Below are positions 28,123 to 37,970 of a stretch of 64,000 nt of DNA, piece by piece. A model generated the notes under the pieces. It saw only the letters and a list, made by a program, of their open reading frames with translations. It was not told the origin of the DNA and searched no databases. Position 1 is the first letter of the stretch, and each line of letters starts with the position of its first letter. The position numbers were made by a program, and so were the translations under genes. This DNA comes from Candidatus Zhuqueibacterota bacterium. GTDB lineage: Bacteria > Electryoneota > RPQS01. The DNA lies in NCBI GenBank assembly GCA_003818605.1, contig RPQS01000020.1, forward strand, positions 1,433-65,432, in the 5' to 3' direction.

Positions 28123-28941
28123 ATGTTGAAGAAGCTGATTCTGTTTATTGTTCTGCTGGCCGTGACGGTCGGGACGATTTATCCCGTGCTGACGGTGATC
28201 ACCGTTTCGCTGCGTCCCGGCGACCGGCTGCTCTCTACATCGCTGGCGATCATTCCGGACGGCGCGACCTTTGAAAATTATATTGCACTTTTTCGCGATA
28301 AGCCGTTTGCGCGCTGGATGTTCAACAGCACGCTGGTCGCTCTGGCGGTGACGATTTTCGCCACGGCACTGGCTTCCACGGCGGGCTACGCGTTTTCCCG
28401 CTTCCGATTTCCCGGACATCGCGCAGGAATGACTTTGCTGCTCGTTACGCAGATGTTCCCTGCCACCATGCTGCTGCTGCCGCTATTTCTCATGTTGGCC
28501 AAACTGCAATTGATTAATTCCTATCTTGGTTTGATTGCGGTCTATTCGGCTACGGCGCTGCCGTTTACGATCTGGCAAATGAAGGGCTATTACGATACGA
28601 TTCCGCGCGAATTGGAAGAGGCAGCCTTGATGGACGGCGCGGGTTATTGGCGCGTGTTCTATTCCATTATTCTGCCGCTGGCAGCTCCGGCTTTGGTCAT
28701 TACCGCGCTGTTTTCTTTTCTAACGGCTTGGAGCGAGTACATTGTGGCGGCGCAGGTGCTGCTGACCGAGAATTTGTTCACACTTCCACTGGGACTTAAG
28801 CAATTCCAGTCGAGTATGACCACGGAGTGGGGACTTTATTCGGCGGGTTCGATTATTGTCAGCATTCCGGTGATCGCTCTTTTCCTCTACCTTTCCAAAT
28901 GGCTGGTATCCGGACTCACACTGGGCAGCGTGAAGGGCTGA
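28123..28941 (+). CDS. malG: Sugar ABC permease (MalG-like)
   Basis: AGYAFSRFRF, QMFP, KGYYDTIP..LEEAALMDGA, SGLTLGSVKG. Confidence 0.92.
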   Translation: MLKKLILFIVLLAVTVGTIYPVLTVITVSLRPGDRLLSTSLAIIPDGATFENYIALFRDKPFARWMFNSTLVALAVTIFATALASTAGYAFSRFRFPGHRAGMTLLLVTQMFPATMLLLPLFLMLAKLQLINSYLGLIAVYSATALPFTIWQMKGYYDTIPRELEEAALMDGAGYWRVFYSIILPLAAPALVITALFSFLTAWSEYIVAAQVLLTENLFTLPLGLKQFQSSMTTEWGLYSAGSIIVSIPVIALFLYLSKWLVSGLTLGSVKG

Positions 28942-28977
28942 TTTCTATCCGATAAATATTACTGACCCCTTGGCCGC

Positions 28978-29006
28978 TTGCATTCAGTCCAATCCCGATG
29001 TAAATT
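28978..29006 (+). promoter_or_regulatory. Sigma70-type promoter
   Basis: TTGCAT-17 bp-TAAATT upstream of the 29076 gene (GAGGTG SD). Confidence 0.45.
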
Positions 29007-29075
29007 AAATTCTCCGGCTCAAGCACGTACTGCAGTGATGATCAGGAAACGAATAATGCCTTGAGGTGATGTGCG

Positions 29076-32000
29076 ATGAAGAAATGGATAATGATTTTGA
29101 CCCTTGCGTTCACCGCGCTGGCAGTTTTGGCGGAACCGGCCAGTCCGTGGAAACTCGACCAGTGGGTCATTAAGGATGAAGTCAACGAAATCGCGGATGG
29201 CTCCGTAGATTTGTGCAACGTGTTTTGCCGCGAAGAATCCGGAGTCATTTTTCTGAAAGTTACGACACGCTCGCCCTTAACGGAACAATCGGAAGTCCGG
29301 ATCGCGATGAGCGATGCGAAGGGCAATAATCTTGATTTGATCAGCGGACCGAAATCCGGTTCGGAAGGGATTACCCGCTATCGCGGCGTGTGCGAATTTT
29401 CCGTTCGCGTTCCGGCGGAATGGAGCGGCCTGCAACGGCTTTCAGTGAAAATGATTGATGCGGCTAAGGGTAGCGTAGCCGACGAGAATTCCGTAGATAT
29501 ACGCAACCGCCGTTCGCTCGACGCGGAAACCGGCAATTGCGCTTTTGTCAATCACGGCAATCAAGGTTTGACCTATACGGATGTGTTTCGCGGGACGGGC
29601 GGCGCTATAGACAAGGGCTTCGACGAAGTTCTCGAAATTCACGATCTGCGCAATGTCCCCGGCAACTTCCACATGTCCGGCACGCTGATTACCGCGGCGG
29701 AGTGGTACGATCCGACGTTCAATCAATGGCTGCGCGACGGGATCACGGAAGGCTGGGTTTGCATGCTGACGTCGGCGTATGCTCAGCACATCATGCCCTT
29801 CGTTCAGGATAACATGAACAACTGGGCCGTGAACGTCGAATATGACATGGTCAACACCCAGTACGGCTATGCTCCGCAGGTGGCTTGGGTGCCGGAGCGT
29901 GTCTGGCTGGCCAACGGTCATGAACCGGATGACGGCATTGTGGATTTATGGCTCGGCGACAATTGGGTGCAGCATGGTGTGAATGCGGTGATCTTGGACG
30001 ACAATCCGCATTGCGGCGATGACAACTACTGGTGGGATCGCAAGATTCACACCATGAGTAACGGCGTGGGCATCACTCTGCGCGTGATTCCCATTGACGG
30101 TTCCTTTACGGGAAACGTGCACTACGATCCGGGCGCTGCCGAAGCGCAGATTTCCTCCACTACGCGCTACGGTTTGATTGTATATGGTACGGATTGGGAA
30201 GCCGCCGCGGAAATGGCCGATTTCTCTCCAAGCTGCCCGAACTGTCTGGAGAACTATACGGCGGTGATTAATTGGGTGGGAGACAACTATCCGGCAGTGG
30301 GAGCCTGGAAGCTGGATGAAGCGCTGGGCAATCCGGATTTCAACGGCGGATCACTGGATATTACTTGCGGCACGTATCCGCTTTTAGGCGGAACGGGCGG
30401 CTATGGCGGCAGCAACAACAGTTGGTACAACAATTTCGCAGTGACTCTTTCGCATTCCGACCAGCACAATCCGCAGTGGAACTACGGCAATACGTGGTGG
30501 CAGACTTATCTTAAAGTCAATAGCGCGCCCGTCAATAATCTTTCCGAGAGCGGCTGGTATGTGATGATGACCAATCTTCATGAGACCGGCTGGCATACAG
30601 ACGGTCAGGTATCCGATTGGATTCATCGCTATTCAAGTCACATCAAGAACGCGGCGGTTTATGCGGAGGCCGCCCGCTGGGCTGCGGGATTGTATGAAAT
30701 TCCGGTCAACGCATATTTCTCTGACATTGACATTGACGGCATTGACGAAATCATCATCCATAACGATCGGGTCTTCGCCGCATTTGAATCCATCGGCGGC
30801 CGCGCGCAATGGGTTTTTGCCAAGGGACCTTCCGGCTATAATTATTCGGTAGTCGGAAGCTGCAACTCGTATTGGGCGGAAACCGACGGAGATTACGACG
30901 AATCCAATTCCAAGAACCATCAGGCCGTTTTAGCGGAAGTCAGTCCGCATTACCGGAATGATCTCTATGCGCTGTCTATTGACGGCGTGACCGATACTAC
31001 CGCTCAAATTCGATTGTCTTACGGTGGCGTCGTGAAAACCGTGGCCGTGGGCAGCGGACAGCCATATCTTGACGTTCGCTATGACGCGGCCTATCGCGAT
31101 TGCTATATACAGAACGGTTTCTCACCCGATTTAGTGGATCTCATTTGGAACGCGGATATGGCTCGCGTTTGGGCTCCCGATGTTTCCTACGCGGGCTATC
31201 GAAATCCCAACACGGGCGCAACCGGCGTCTGCATCATGGGCAACGGCGGAGCGAGCCATTCACGCGAAGACGGCGGAACGCTGGTGCGCATCGAGGAAAT
31301 CCGCGGTTATGATCGTTTTGGCTGGCTGCTGTTTGCCGGCGAGACGTCCGCTCCCGATACTCAAGGACGGATTGCCGAATTGGAAGCCTTGAAGACGATG
31401 AATTTCGACCATTTCGGGCCGCGCCTCGATACGCTGGCGGTTTATATCAACGCCACGATCGTTGAAGTCTCGTTTACGGAAGCGGTGGAACAGACTTCCG
31501 CTCAGAACATCGCGCACTGGACGATGCAGGGATTTAGCGGAAGTTATTCCGTGGTTTCCGCGGTCCGGCAAAGCGATTGGCGGCGCGTGCGGCTGGTTAT
31601 TAATCCCGGTCTTGCCACGGGTGACAACGGCAACATTGTTGCGGACGACGTAACCGATCTTAACGGTAATGAAGTGTTGGCTGCCAATCGAACGGCGGCG
31701 CTGCACGTGCCTACCGGTGTAACCCCTCATACCATCGTGATTGATGGAGTCAAGGATTTCGACCGTCCGAACGAGACGCTATTTGCCGGGACGGACACCC
31801 TGTGGCTGACGTGGGATTCACTGGCCTTGTACGTGGGTTATTGTCCGAAGGATTTAGCCACGGGCGATTTCTTTATCAACATAGATACGAATCAAATCTC
31901 CGGCAACGGCGCAGCCCGCGATAGTTGGGATCGCGTCGGATTTGCCAATCCGTTCCGACCCGAATATCAGGTCGCGATTGAAGGCGGTATGGATCAGATT

Positions 32001-32540
32001 CAGCTCAATCGCTGGAACGGAACGCAGTGGCTGTATCCGGGGCCGGGCACTCCGCCTGTAACGAGTTATAACGGATGGTCGGGTAATTTGTTCACGGAAG
32101 TTCGTATTCCGTGGGCGGCCATCGGCAACCCGCGCGGGATCGCTTTCAACATCCACTTGACACAGGAAGATTCGCGAATCACAACTCGCGCGTTTCCAAC
32201 CGATAATCCGACCGGCAACAACATTACGCTCACGTCGGTTTATCGGTTGTATCAACCCTATATTTCCGGGCCGATGCCGCTCATGGGAGTACGGCCTAAG
32301 TATATTCTGACGGGAGATCTGGCTGTTCCGCTGCAGCTTGTTATTCAAGAACTGAGCGGAGTTCGCCGCTTAACATGGCAGCCCGTTACGAATGCGGTGT
32401 CCTATGTTATCTATCGAGCGGATTCTCTGCTCGGAACGTACGCGCAAGTGGACGAAACCACAGCCACGCAATACGACGACGATGATATTCTTCCGGGCAC
32501 GCGCTATTTTTACGAGGTTCGCGCCAAATCCGGCATTTGA
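29076..32540 (+). CDS. Secreted divergent GH57-like protein with Ig-like, DOMON-like and C-terminal FN3-like domains
   Basis: NHGNQ, HMSGTL, TSAYAQHIMPF, WVPERVW, GTDWE, LHETGW parallel the GH57 CSR1-5 order; signal peptide. Confidence 0.65.
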   Translation: MKKWIMILTLAFTALAVLAEPASPWKLDQWVIKDEVNEIADGSVDLCNVFCREESGVIFLKVTTRSPLTEQSEVRIAMSDAKGNNLDLISGPKSGSEGITRYRGVCEFSVRVPAEWSGLQRLSVKMIDAAKGSVADENSVDIRNRRSLDAETGNCAFVNHGNQGLTYTDVFRGTGGAIDKGFDEVLEIHDLRNVPGNFHMSGTLITAAEWYDPTFNQWLRDGITEGWVCMLTSAYAQHIMPFVQDNMNNWAVNVEYDMVNTQYGYAPQVAWVPERVWLANGHEPDDGIVDLWLGDNWVQHGVNAVILDDNPHCGDDNYWWDRKIHTMSNGVGITLRVIPIDGSFTGNVHYDPGAAEAQISSTTRYGLIVYGTDWEAAAEMADFSPSCPNCLENYTAVINWVGDNYPAVGAWKLDEALGNPDFNGGSLDITCGTYPLLGGTGGYGGSNNSWYNNFAVTLSHSDQHNPQWNYGNTWWQTYLKVNSAPVNNLSESGWYVMMTNLHETGWHTDGQVSDWIHRYSSHIKNAAVYAEAARWAAGLYEIPVNAYFSDIDIDGIDEIIIHNDRVFAAFESIGGRAQWVFAKGPSGYNYSVVGSCNSYWAETDGDYDESNSKNHQAVLAEVSPHYRNDLYALSIDGVTDTTAQIRLSYGGVVKTVAVGSGQPYLDVRYDAAYRDCYIQNGFSPDLVDLIWNADMARVWAPDVSYAGYRNPNTGATGVCIMGNGGASHSREDGGTLVRIEEIRGYDRFGWLLFAGETSAPDTQGRIAELEALKTMNFDHFGPRLDTLAVYINATIVEVSFTEAVEQTSAQNIAHWTMQGFSGSYSVVSAVRQSDWRRVRLVINPGLATGDNGNIVADDVTDLNGNEVLAANRTAALHVPTGVTPHTIVIDGVKDFDRPNETLFAGTDTLWLTWDSLALYVGYCPKDLATGDFFINIDTNQISGNGAARDSWDRVGFANPFRPEYQVAIEGGMDQIQLNRWNGTQWLYPGPGTPPVTSYNGWSGNLFTEVRIPWAAIGNPRGIAFNIHLTQEDSRITTRAFPTDNPTGNNITLTSVYRLYQPYISGPMPLMGVRPKYILTGDLAVPLQLVIQELSGVRRLTWQPVTNAVSYVIYRADSLLGTYAQVDETTATQYDDDDILPGTRYFYEVRAKSGI

Positions 32541-32552
32541 TATTCCTTTCGG

Positions 32553-32586
32553 CAGCCGGGGGCACATGCCCCCGGCTGTAATTTTT
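32553..32586 (+). terminator. Rho-independent terminator
   Basis: CAGCCGGGGGCA-CA-TGCCCCCGGCTG followed by TAATTTTT. Confidence 0.7.
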
Positions 32587-32636
32587 ACCACACATTTCCA
32601 ACCATCTTTCCATTTCCCAACATTCAGGATTAGCCT

Positions 32637-34130
32637 ATGACCCGCAAAGCCCTTGCAACAGCGTTGGCTCTTTTTCTCCTGGCGTCAACCGCCATGGCTA
32701 CTAATGGAGTAAGGTTGATTGGTTTCGGTACGAAAATGAACGGTCGCGGCGGTACCGGCATCGGTGTCTTTGACAGCCCGTCCTTAATGATGACCAATCC
32801 GGGCGGTCTCGCGTTCGATGACGGAACATCATTCGGAGTCAATTTTGCCGTTCTTGCTCCGGTCACACATTTTAAAAACACTTTAAATGACGAAGACGGC
32901 GATCGCAATTACTTTCCGCTGGGCGGCCTCGGCTACGTGCGGCATTCATCCAAATGCCCCAAGTTTACGTGGGGATTCGGAGTCTATACACAAGGGGGGA
33001 TGGGCGCCGACTACGAATTGAATCACGCGCTCTTCCGCAACACGGACGGCAGCTATGATAAGCAGACTTATCACTCGATGTTTTCCATTCTGCAGGCAGG
33101 TCCCAGTTTCGCCTACAACATCACGCCGAAATTCTCCGTGGGCACGTCCCTTCATATAATGTATGCGATGATGGAGCTGGAGATGCCCTACTCGCTGCCG
33201 CCATCCATTATGAAAGGCGTAACGAATAATCCCGTTCCGGGCGCCACGTTCGGCGACATGTTTGCGAACGCGCCTTTGAACTATGACGAAGTCACATCCG
33301 CGGCGGCCATGTCGGATTTAGGCGCGTTGGGATTTACCGGCAAGCTCGGATTTGCGTGGAAAGTGAATGAGCGGCTCAGCCTTGGCCTGAATTACACATC
33401 GCCCACGCCGATGACGTTCAAGAACGGAACCGCCGATCTCGATATGACCGCTCAATTTCACGACGCCTACACCAAGCAGGTTGTCGCCTATATGCAGGGG
33501 CACAGCGTATCAGCCGATTCCGCGCAGCGTGCGGTAGGTGCGCAATTCGCGGCTCTCGGAATTGACGCGAGTCAAGGGATGATAGCGCAGTATGATCTCG
33601 AAGCCGAACTGACCAATCCGCAATCTTTGGGTATCGGCGTGGGTTGGAAGGCATCGGATAAAGTCAATCTCGCCGCAGACGTCGAATGGATCAACTGGAA
33701 AAACGCTTTCGACAAGATGAAGCTTTCATTGAAGGGCGGAGAAAATCCGAACATCAACCGCTTGCTGGGCAACACAGGCGATTTTGAAGTGGATTTCCCG
33801 CTGGAATGGACGGATGCGGTCATGGTACGCTTGGGCGGGGAATATTTGTTGAATCCTAAAACCACACTGCGGTTGGGGTATGCCTACGGAACCAATCCCG
33901 TGCCGACATCCACGCTCTTTTCGGTTTTTCCGGCAATCATCGAACATCACGTCACGATCGGGGCGAGCTACGATTTCACGGCGCGCTTCTCCGCGCATTT
34001 CGCGTATGAAATGGCGCTCACGAAGACGTTAACGGCGGACAATCCCAGTTTGATCGCGAATGAGTACAACGACAGTGAAGATCAACTGAGCGGTATGTTT
34101 CTCAATCTCGGTTTTGCCTGGAAACTATAG
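32637..34130 (+). CDS. FadL/OmpP1/TodX-family outer-membrane transporter
   Basis: ATNG..LIGFG....GRGG, NPGGL, LRLGYAYG.NPVP, FPAIIEHH; signal peptide; C-terminal beta strand. Confidence 0.85.
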   Translation: MTRKALATALALFLLASTAMATNGVRLIGFGTKMNGRGGTGIGVFDSPSLMMTNPGGLAFDDGTSFGVNFAVLAPVTHFKNTLNDEDGDRNYFPLGGLGYVRHSSKCPKFTWGFGVYTQGGMGADYELNHALFRNTDGSYDKQTYHSMFSILQAGPSFAYNITPKFSVGTSLHIMYAMMELEMPYSLPPSIMKGVTNNPVPGATFGDMFANAPLNYDEVTSAAAMSDLGALGFTGKLGFAWKVNERLSLGLNYTSPTPMTFKNGTADLDMTAQFHDAYTKQVVAYMQGHSVSADSAQRAVGAQFAALGIDASQGMIAQYDLEAELTNPQSLGIGVGWKASDKVNLAADVEWINWKNAFDKMKLSLKGGENPNINRLLGNTGDFEVDFPLEWTDAVMVRLGGEYLLNPKTTLRLGYAYGTNPVPTSTLFSVFPAIIEHHVTIGASYDFTARFSAHFAYEMALTKTLTADNPSLIANEYNDSEDQLSGMFLNLGFAWKL

Positions 34131-34163
34131 CGGTTTTACGCGATGTTTTCGGCGAATTTCCTT

Positions 34164-34198
34164 AAAACGCCGATCCGCTTCAACGGATCGGCGTTTTT
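34164..34198 (+). terminator. Rho-independent terminator
   Basis: AAAACGCCGATCCG-CTTCAA-CGGATCGGCGTTTTT. Confidence 0.8.
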
Positions 34199-34446
34199 CT
34201 TCACGGAGAGCAATAGGCGTTGTTGAAGTGGGGCACTTGTGTTGAGCTAAAGCTATTTTCACTATTTATAGGAACATACAAATAATGGATCTTCAGGAAA
34301 ACTTTAAATTTTATTCGTGAGAGTCTTTTCAAAAGGGAGTTTTTGCGTATATTATAACGATGCCACACACGTCTCGTGTCAGATTAAAATCGCGTAATCG
34401 TTCACGAGCCCAAGATGACAAAAACCGCGTTTCCGAAGGAGTAACC

Positions 34447-36288
34447 ATGAGAAGATTTGTTCTCGCATGTATGACGTTGATGCTCTGCGCGGGTTACCTG
34501 TTGGCAGTTCCGACTTTCACACCGACGATTGATGGTGTTAAGGACGCCGGCTGGGGTACCACGCCTGACCACAACACTCAGACATTACAAGAACCTATCA
34601 CTTTCAATCTCGACAGTGGTATGTATGTCACGGATGACGGTCAGTACATTTATTTCGGTTTTGATGCCGACAACGATCCATGGGGTGACGGCGCGAGCAT
34701 TCATGCCCATGTATTGTTCGACGTCGGCAACACAGCCGCGGGCGGCACGACCGATCCGTGGGGTGCAGCCGGCGTTACGTATGGCATGCCTTACTTGCCC
34801 GATTATGACATTGTCGCTCAGTGGAACACCGACAACCAGAACATCGGCTGGACGGGATTGAATACGTGGACCGGTACGGGCTGGTCGCAAACTCAATTGG
34901 CCGACTCCAATCGCGCCGGCGGCGGCGGCCAATTCACGGAAATGCGGATACGGCGGTCCTACATTGGATTGCCGGAACAGGGAACCGTACTGAATATATC
35001 CATGTGGCTCCGTCCGGAATGGGGAAAATACGGTTCAAACTGCTGTCTGCCTGCGGATGAAGATTTCCCAAGTGCTTGGGCAAACGGCGCAGGGACATTC
35101 AACACGCAATTCGCCTATACGATTCAAACGCTCAATGCCGACACCGATCCTCCCGGCATTGACCATGTGAAACAGATAGACCGTACCGGAATCGAAATCG
35201 TGTTTGATGAACCGATGAATATCAGCACACTCAATCTGGGTGCGAATTATACGTTCTCCGGCTGGACGTTCATCGGATTCCGGTATGCGACGTCAACCAC
35301 AGTAGGATTTTCAGCGGCACCTCCGGGGTTCGGAACAACCGCTACATATTCTGCAGTTCTTCTGCCGGGTATTCAGGATCTGGCCGGGAACAGCATTGAT
35401 CCGGATGATGATTCGATCAGTTGGTCAGGCGTTGGTTATTCGGACGTGTTGTTTACCGTAACGGATCCATCCGCATGGTATACCGGGCTTCTTTTCAAAG
35501 GTTCTTTCAGCTTCTATCATGAGTATGACGACGGGTGGTCGGGTGGAAGCCATCAGCTCTATGATGATGGTACGCATGGAGACGTCACCGCCGGGGATCA
35601 CGTTTTCTCGCGTCTTTGGGAACTGGTTCCGAACGGCGGCGATCCGCAATATCAATGGGGTGTCACGGACATGAGCGGCAATTGGCTGCTGCCCCCGGGC
35701 GGAAACGTCTTTTTCTCGCTGCCCGACACGACGGATATTACCACGAGTTGTACGCTGCCCGACGTAACGGGTGTGCCAATGGACGTGATTTTCCATTGCG
35801 ATATGCAGTTCATCAACGATCCAATCACTGGTGTTAAACTTGCCGGCAGCTTCACCAATTGGGGCGCAGGCGCGCTTAATATGACGGATGCCGGCGACGG
35901 TACGTGGATAGACACCGTGCATTTCGATACAGGATCGCCCCGCACGAACTATTTCAAGTTCATTCGCATGGACGGTACGAACCAGAATTGGGAGTCCGTT
36001 TCCGACCGCAGCTTCACCATCGGCACAACATCGCCGCAGGATCTGGGCTATATTCTGTTCAATGATTATCTGGTCGGACCGGACAGCCTGACGGTGGTGC
36101 CGGTTACCTACGGAGTGCAGTTGTACTGGACGGGCGGAGTGCGCATGTCCTTTGACGTTTTCTCCCATACGCTGCCTGACAGCATTATGGAACTTGGCAC
36201 TTACCTCGGATCCACGACAACTCATTCGTACTTCGATTCCACCAATGCCGCGAAGAAATTCTATGCGGTGCGGGCCGTGCATCCGTAA
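34447..36288 (+). CDS. Secreted non-catalytic carbohydrate-binding protein (DOMON-like, Ig-like, 2x CBM20-like, FN3-like tail)
   Basis: Start ATG 34447 after GAAGGA; IDGVKD, IEIVFDEPM, LYDDGTHGDVTAGD, VIFHCDM..LAGSFTNWG..YFKF..WE..DR. Confidence 0.6.
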   Translation: MRRFVLACMTLMLCAGYLLAVPTFTPTIDGVKDAGWGTTPDHNTQTLQEPITFNLDSGMYVTDDGQYIYFGFDADNDPWGDGASIHAHVLFDVGNTAAGGTTDPWGAAGVTYGMPYLPDYDIVAQWNTDNQNIGWTGLNTWTGTGWSQTQLADSNRAGGGGQFTEMRIRRSYIGLPEQGTVLNISMWLRPEWGKYGSNCCLPADEDFPSAWANGAGTFNTQFAYTIQTLNADTDPPGIDHVKQIDRTGIEIVFDEPMNISTLNLGANYTFSGWTFIGFRYATSTTVGFSAAPPGFGTTATYSAVLLPGIQDLAGNSIDPDDDSISWSGVGYSDVLFTVTDPSAWYTGLLFKGSFSFYHEYDDGWSGGSHQLYDDGTHGDVTAGDHVFSRLWELVPNGGDPQYQWGVTDMSGNWLLPPGGNVFFSLPDTTDITTSCTLPDVTGVPMDVIFHCDMQFINDPITGVKLAGSFTNWGAGALNMTDAGDGTWIDTVHFDTGSPRTNYFKFIRMDGTNQNWESVSDRSFTIGTTSPQDLGYILFNDYLVGPDSLTVVPVTYGVQLYWTGGVRMSFDVFSHTLPDSIMELGTYLGSTTTHSYFDSTNAAKKFYAVRAVHP

Positions 36289-36312
36289 ACGAATTTTCCG
36301 GGAAATAAACAC

Positions 36313-36343
36313 AAGCGGGCCGCTCAAAAAGAGCGGCCCGCTT
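36313..36343. terminator. Bidirectional terminator between convergent genes
   Basis: AAGCGGGCCGCTC-AAAAA-GAGCGGCCCGCTT. Confidence 0.75.
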
Positions 36344-36366
36344 ATGTTAGAATGGAACTCTTGCGG

Positions 36367-37809
36367 CTATTTCAGAAGCAGCATCTTTCGCGCGGCGGAT
36401 TCGCCTTCGGTTTTCATCCGACAAAAGTAAACTCCGGATGTTTCCGCGGCGGCATTGAAGAGGATTTGATGAATTCCCGCGGTCATTGGGCTGTCTATCA
36501 GCGAAGTGACCAAGCGCCCCTCAATATTGTACACATTCAGACTCACATGCTGAGGAATTGCCAGAGAAAATACGATCGTCGTACTCGAATTGAAAGGATT
36601 GGGGTAGTTCCACAGCAGCGAGTAGGTCTGCGGAACACCCGCTTCAGAAACATGCTCCGCGGAATCGCCGGGGAAAAACATTTCGAGCGCGTTGTCAATG
36701 TGCGCGCGCCAATTTCCCCAACTGTGACCTTCATGGAATTCGAAATAGCGGTACTCGTAACCATGCGTTTCGAGAATCTGCTCCAGATTTCTCACCATCG
36801 GAATCAGGGCCGGAATGTCATAGGTTCCGATATCCAGATAGAAACGCAGGGTTAAAGGTGGGTCCGATTGCAAACGGTTGGAAATTGAAGTCTGCACGTT
36901 GCTGGATTGGGCGGCGATATTGCCAAAGACTTCCGGGTGAGTAATCCCCAGCCATAGCGCGATGTTTCCGCCGTTTGACGCGCCGAGCGTTGCGCGACTT
37001 TCCGCATCAGTCAACGTGCGAAACCGGCTGTCCATCCACGGCAATACGTCATTGACGACAAACGCAGTGAACTGATTCATCCGGTTGCCTGCGTATTCTT
37101 CTGTGCGGTTCACCGGCGGAACAAATACAGCAATGACGGGCCGGATGCGGCGATGGGCGATGAGATAATCCAGCACATCATCCGTGTTGGCAAGGGTAAT
37201 GTATTCCAGTCCATCGTGAAACAGAATGATCGGATACCGGTCGCTGGATTGATCGTAGCCGGGCGGAAGATAAACGCGAATCGTGCGCGAATTATTGAGG
37301 TCGCTGCTGAACAGCACAGTATCCCGCAGTGTGCCGTGGGGAATTTCCGGATAGGTGCGGATCTCCGGCGGGGATACCCAATCCGGCATGCGCAGTTCCG
37401 AATTCGGGCCATAGCCGCCCGAACAGGTGTACGGATTGCGCGGATCAAGAATCCAATTCGTGCCGTTTGTTACGAATTTGTAATCCAGTCGCGCATCCGA
37501 TTCGAAGTTGCGGGTATAGTACCAGAAATCCGTTCCGGTAATCCGCGTCATCGGGAATGAAGCAGGATCCCAGTTGTTGGCATCGCCGGGAACAGTGACG
37601 GAGTTCGCCGCACCGCGATAGACGTAGTGAACGGTTGTGTCGAATTCGATGCAGGGAAAGATTCCGACAGCGGTGATAAAACTGTCCACAATAGCGCCGC
37701 GTTCGCCTTCGGGTACGGCATTTACGCGGCTAAGAAAGTCCTGAAAGGTTTGCGCCGATGCTAAGGATATCCAGCAGAAAACGGCGGCAAACAGGATTCG
37801 GAGCTTCAT
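36367..37809 (-). CDS. Secreted alpha/beta-hydrolase esterase (Fes/CE1-like) with N-terminal CBM48-like domain and T9SS CTD
   Basis: GDANNW..RLDYKF..LDPRNP; VYLPPGY, HDG, GASNGG nucleophile elbow, GHSW; NYPNPFN...KMLLLK. Confidence 0.85.
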   Translation of the reverse strand: MKLRILFAAVFCWISLASAQTFQDFLSRVNAVPEGERGAIVDSFITAVGIFPCIEFDTTVHYVYRGAANSVTVPGDANNWDPASFPMTRITGTDFWYYTRNFESDARLDYKFVTNGTNWILDPRNPYTCSGGYGPNSELRMPDWVSPPEIRTYPEIPHGTLRDTVLFSSDLNNSRTIRVYLPPGYDQSSDRYPIILFHDGLEYITLANTDDVLDYLIAHRRIRPVIAVFVPPVNRTEEYAGNRMNQFTAFVVNDVLPWMDSRFRTLTDAESRATLGASNGGNIALWLGITHPEVFGNIAAQSSNVQTSISNRLQSDPPLTLRFYLDIGTYDIPALIPMVRNLEQILETHGYEYRYFEFHEGHSWGNWRAHIDNALEMFFPGDSAEHVSEAGVPQTYSLLWNYPNPFNSSTTIVFSLAIPQHVSLNVYNIEGRLVTSLIDSPMTAGIHQILFNAAAETSGVYFCRMKTEGESAARKMLLLK

Positions 37810-37970
37810 GGCGGTTTCTCCGTTTATCAGGATAAAGAGTAAGTTGCCGCATTCTTGCGGTTACTCTATGGTAATACATCTGAAGAAGTAAGTCAAGTTC
37901 GCAGAAGCCTCGCCGAGATTCATTGGTTGGCAACTGCACATTTGTGCACCAGCTACAGATTTGATTCGCC

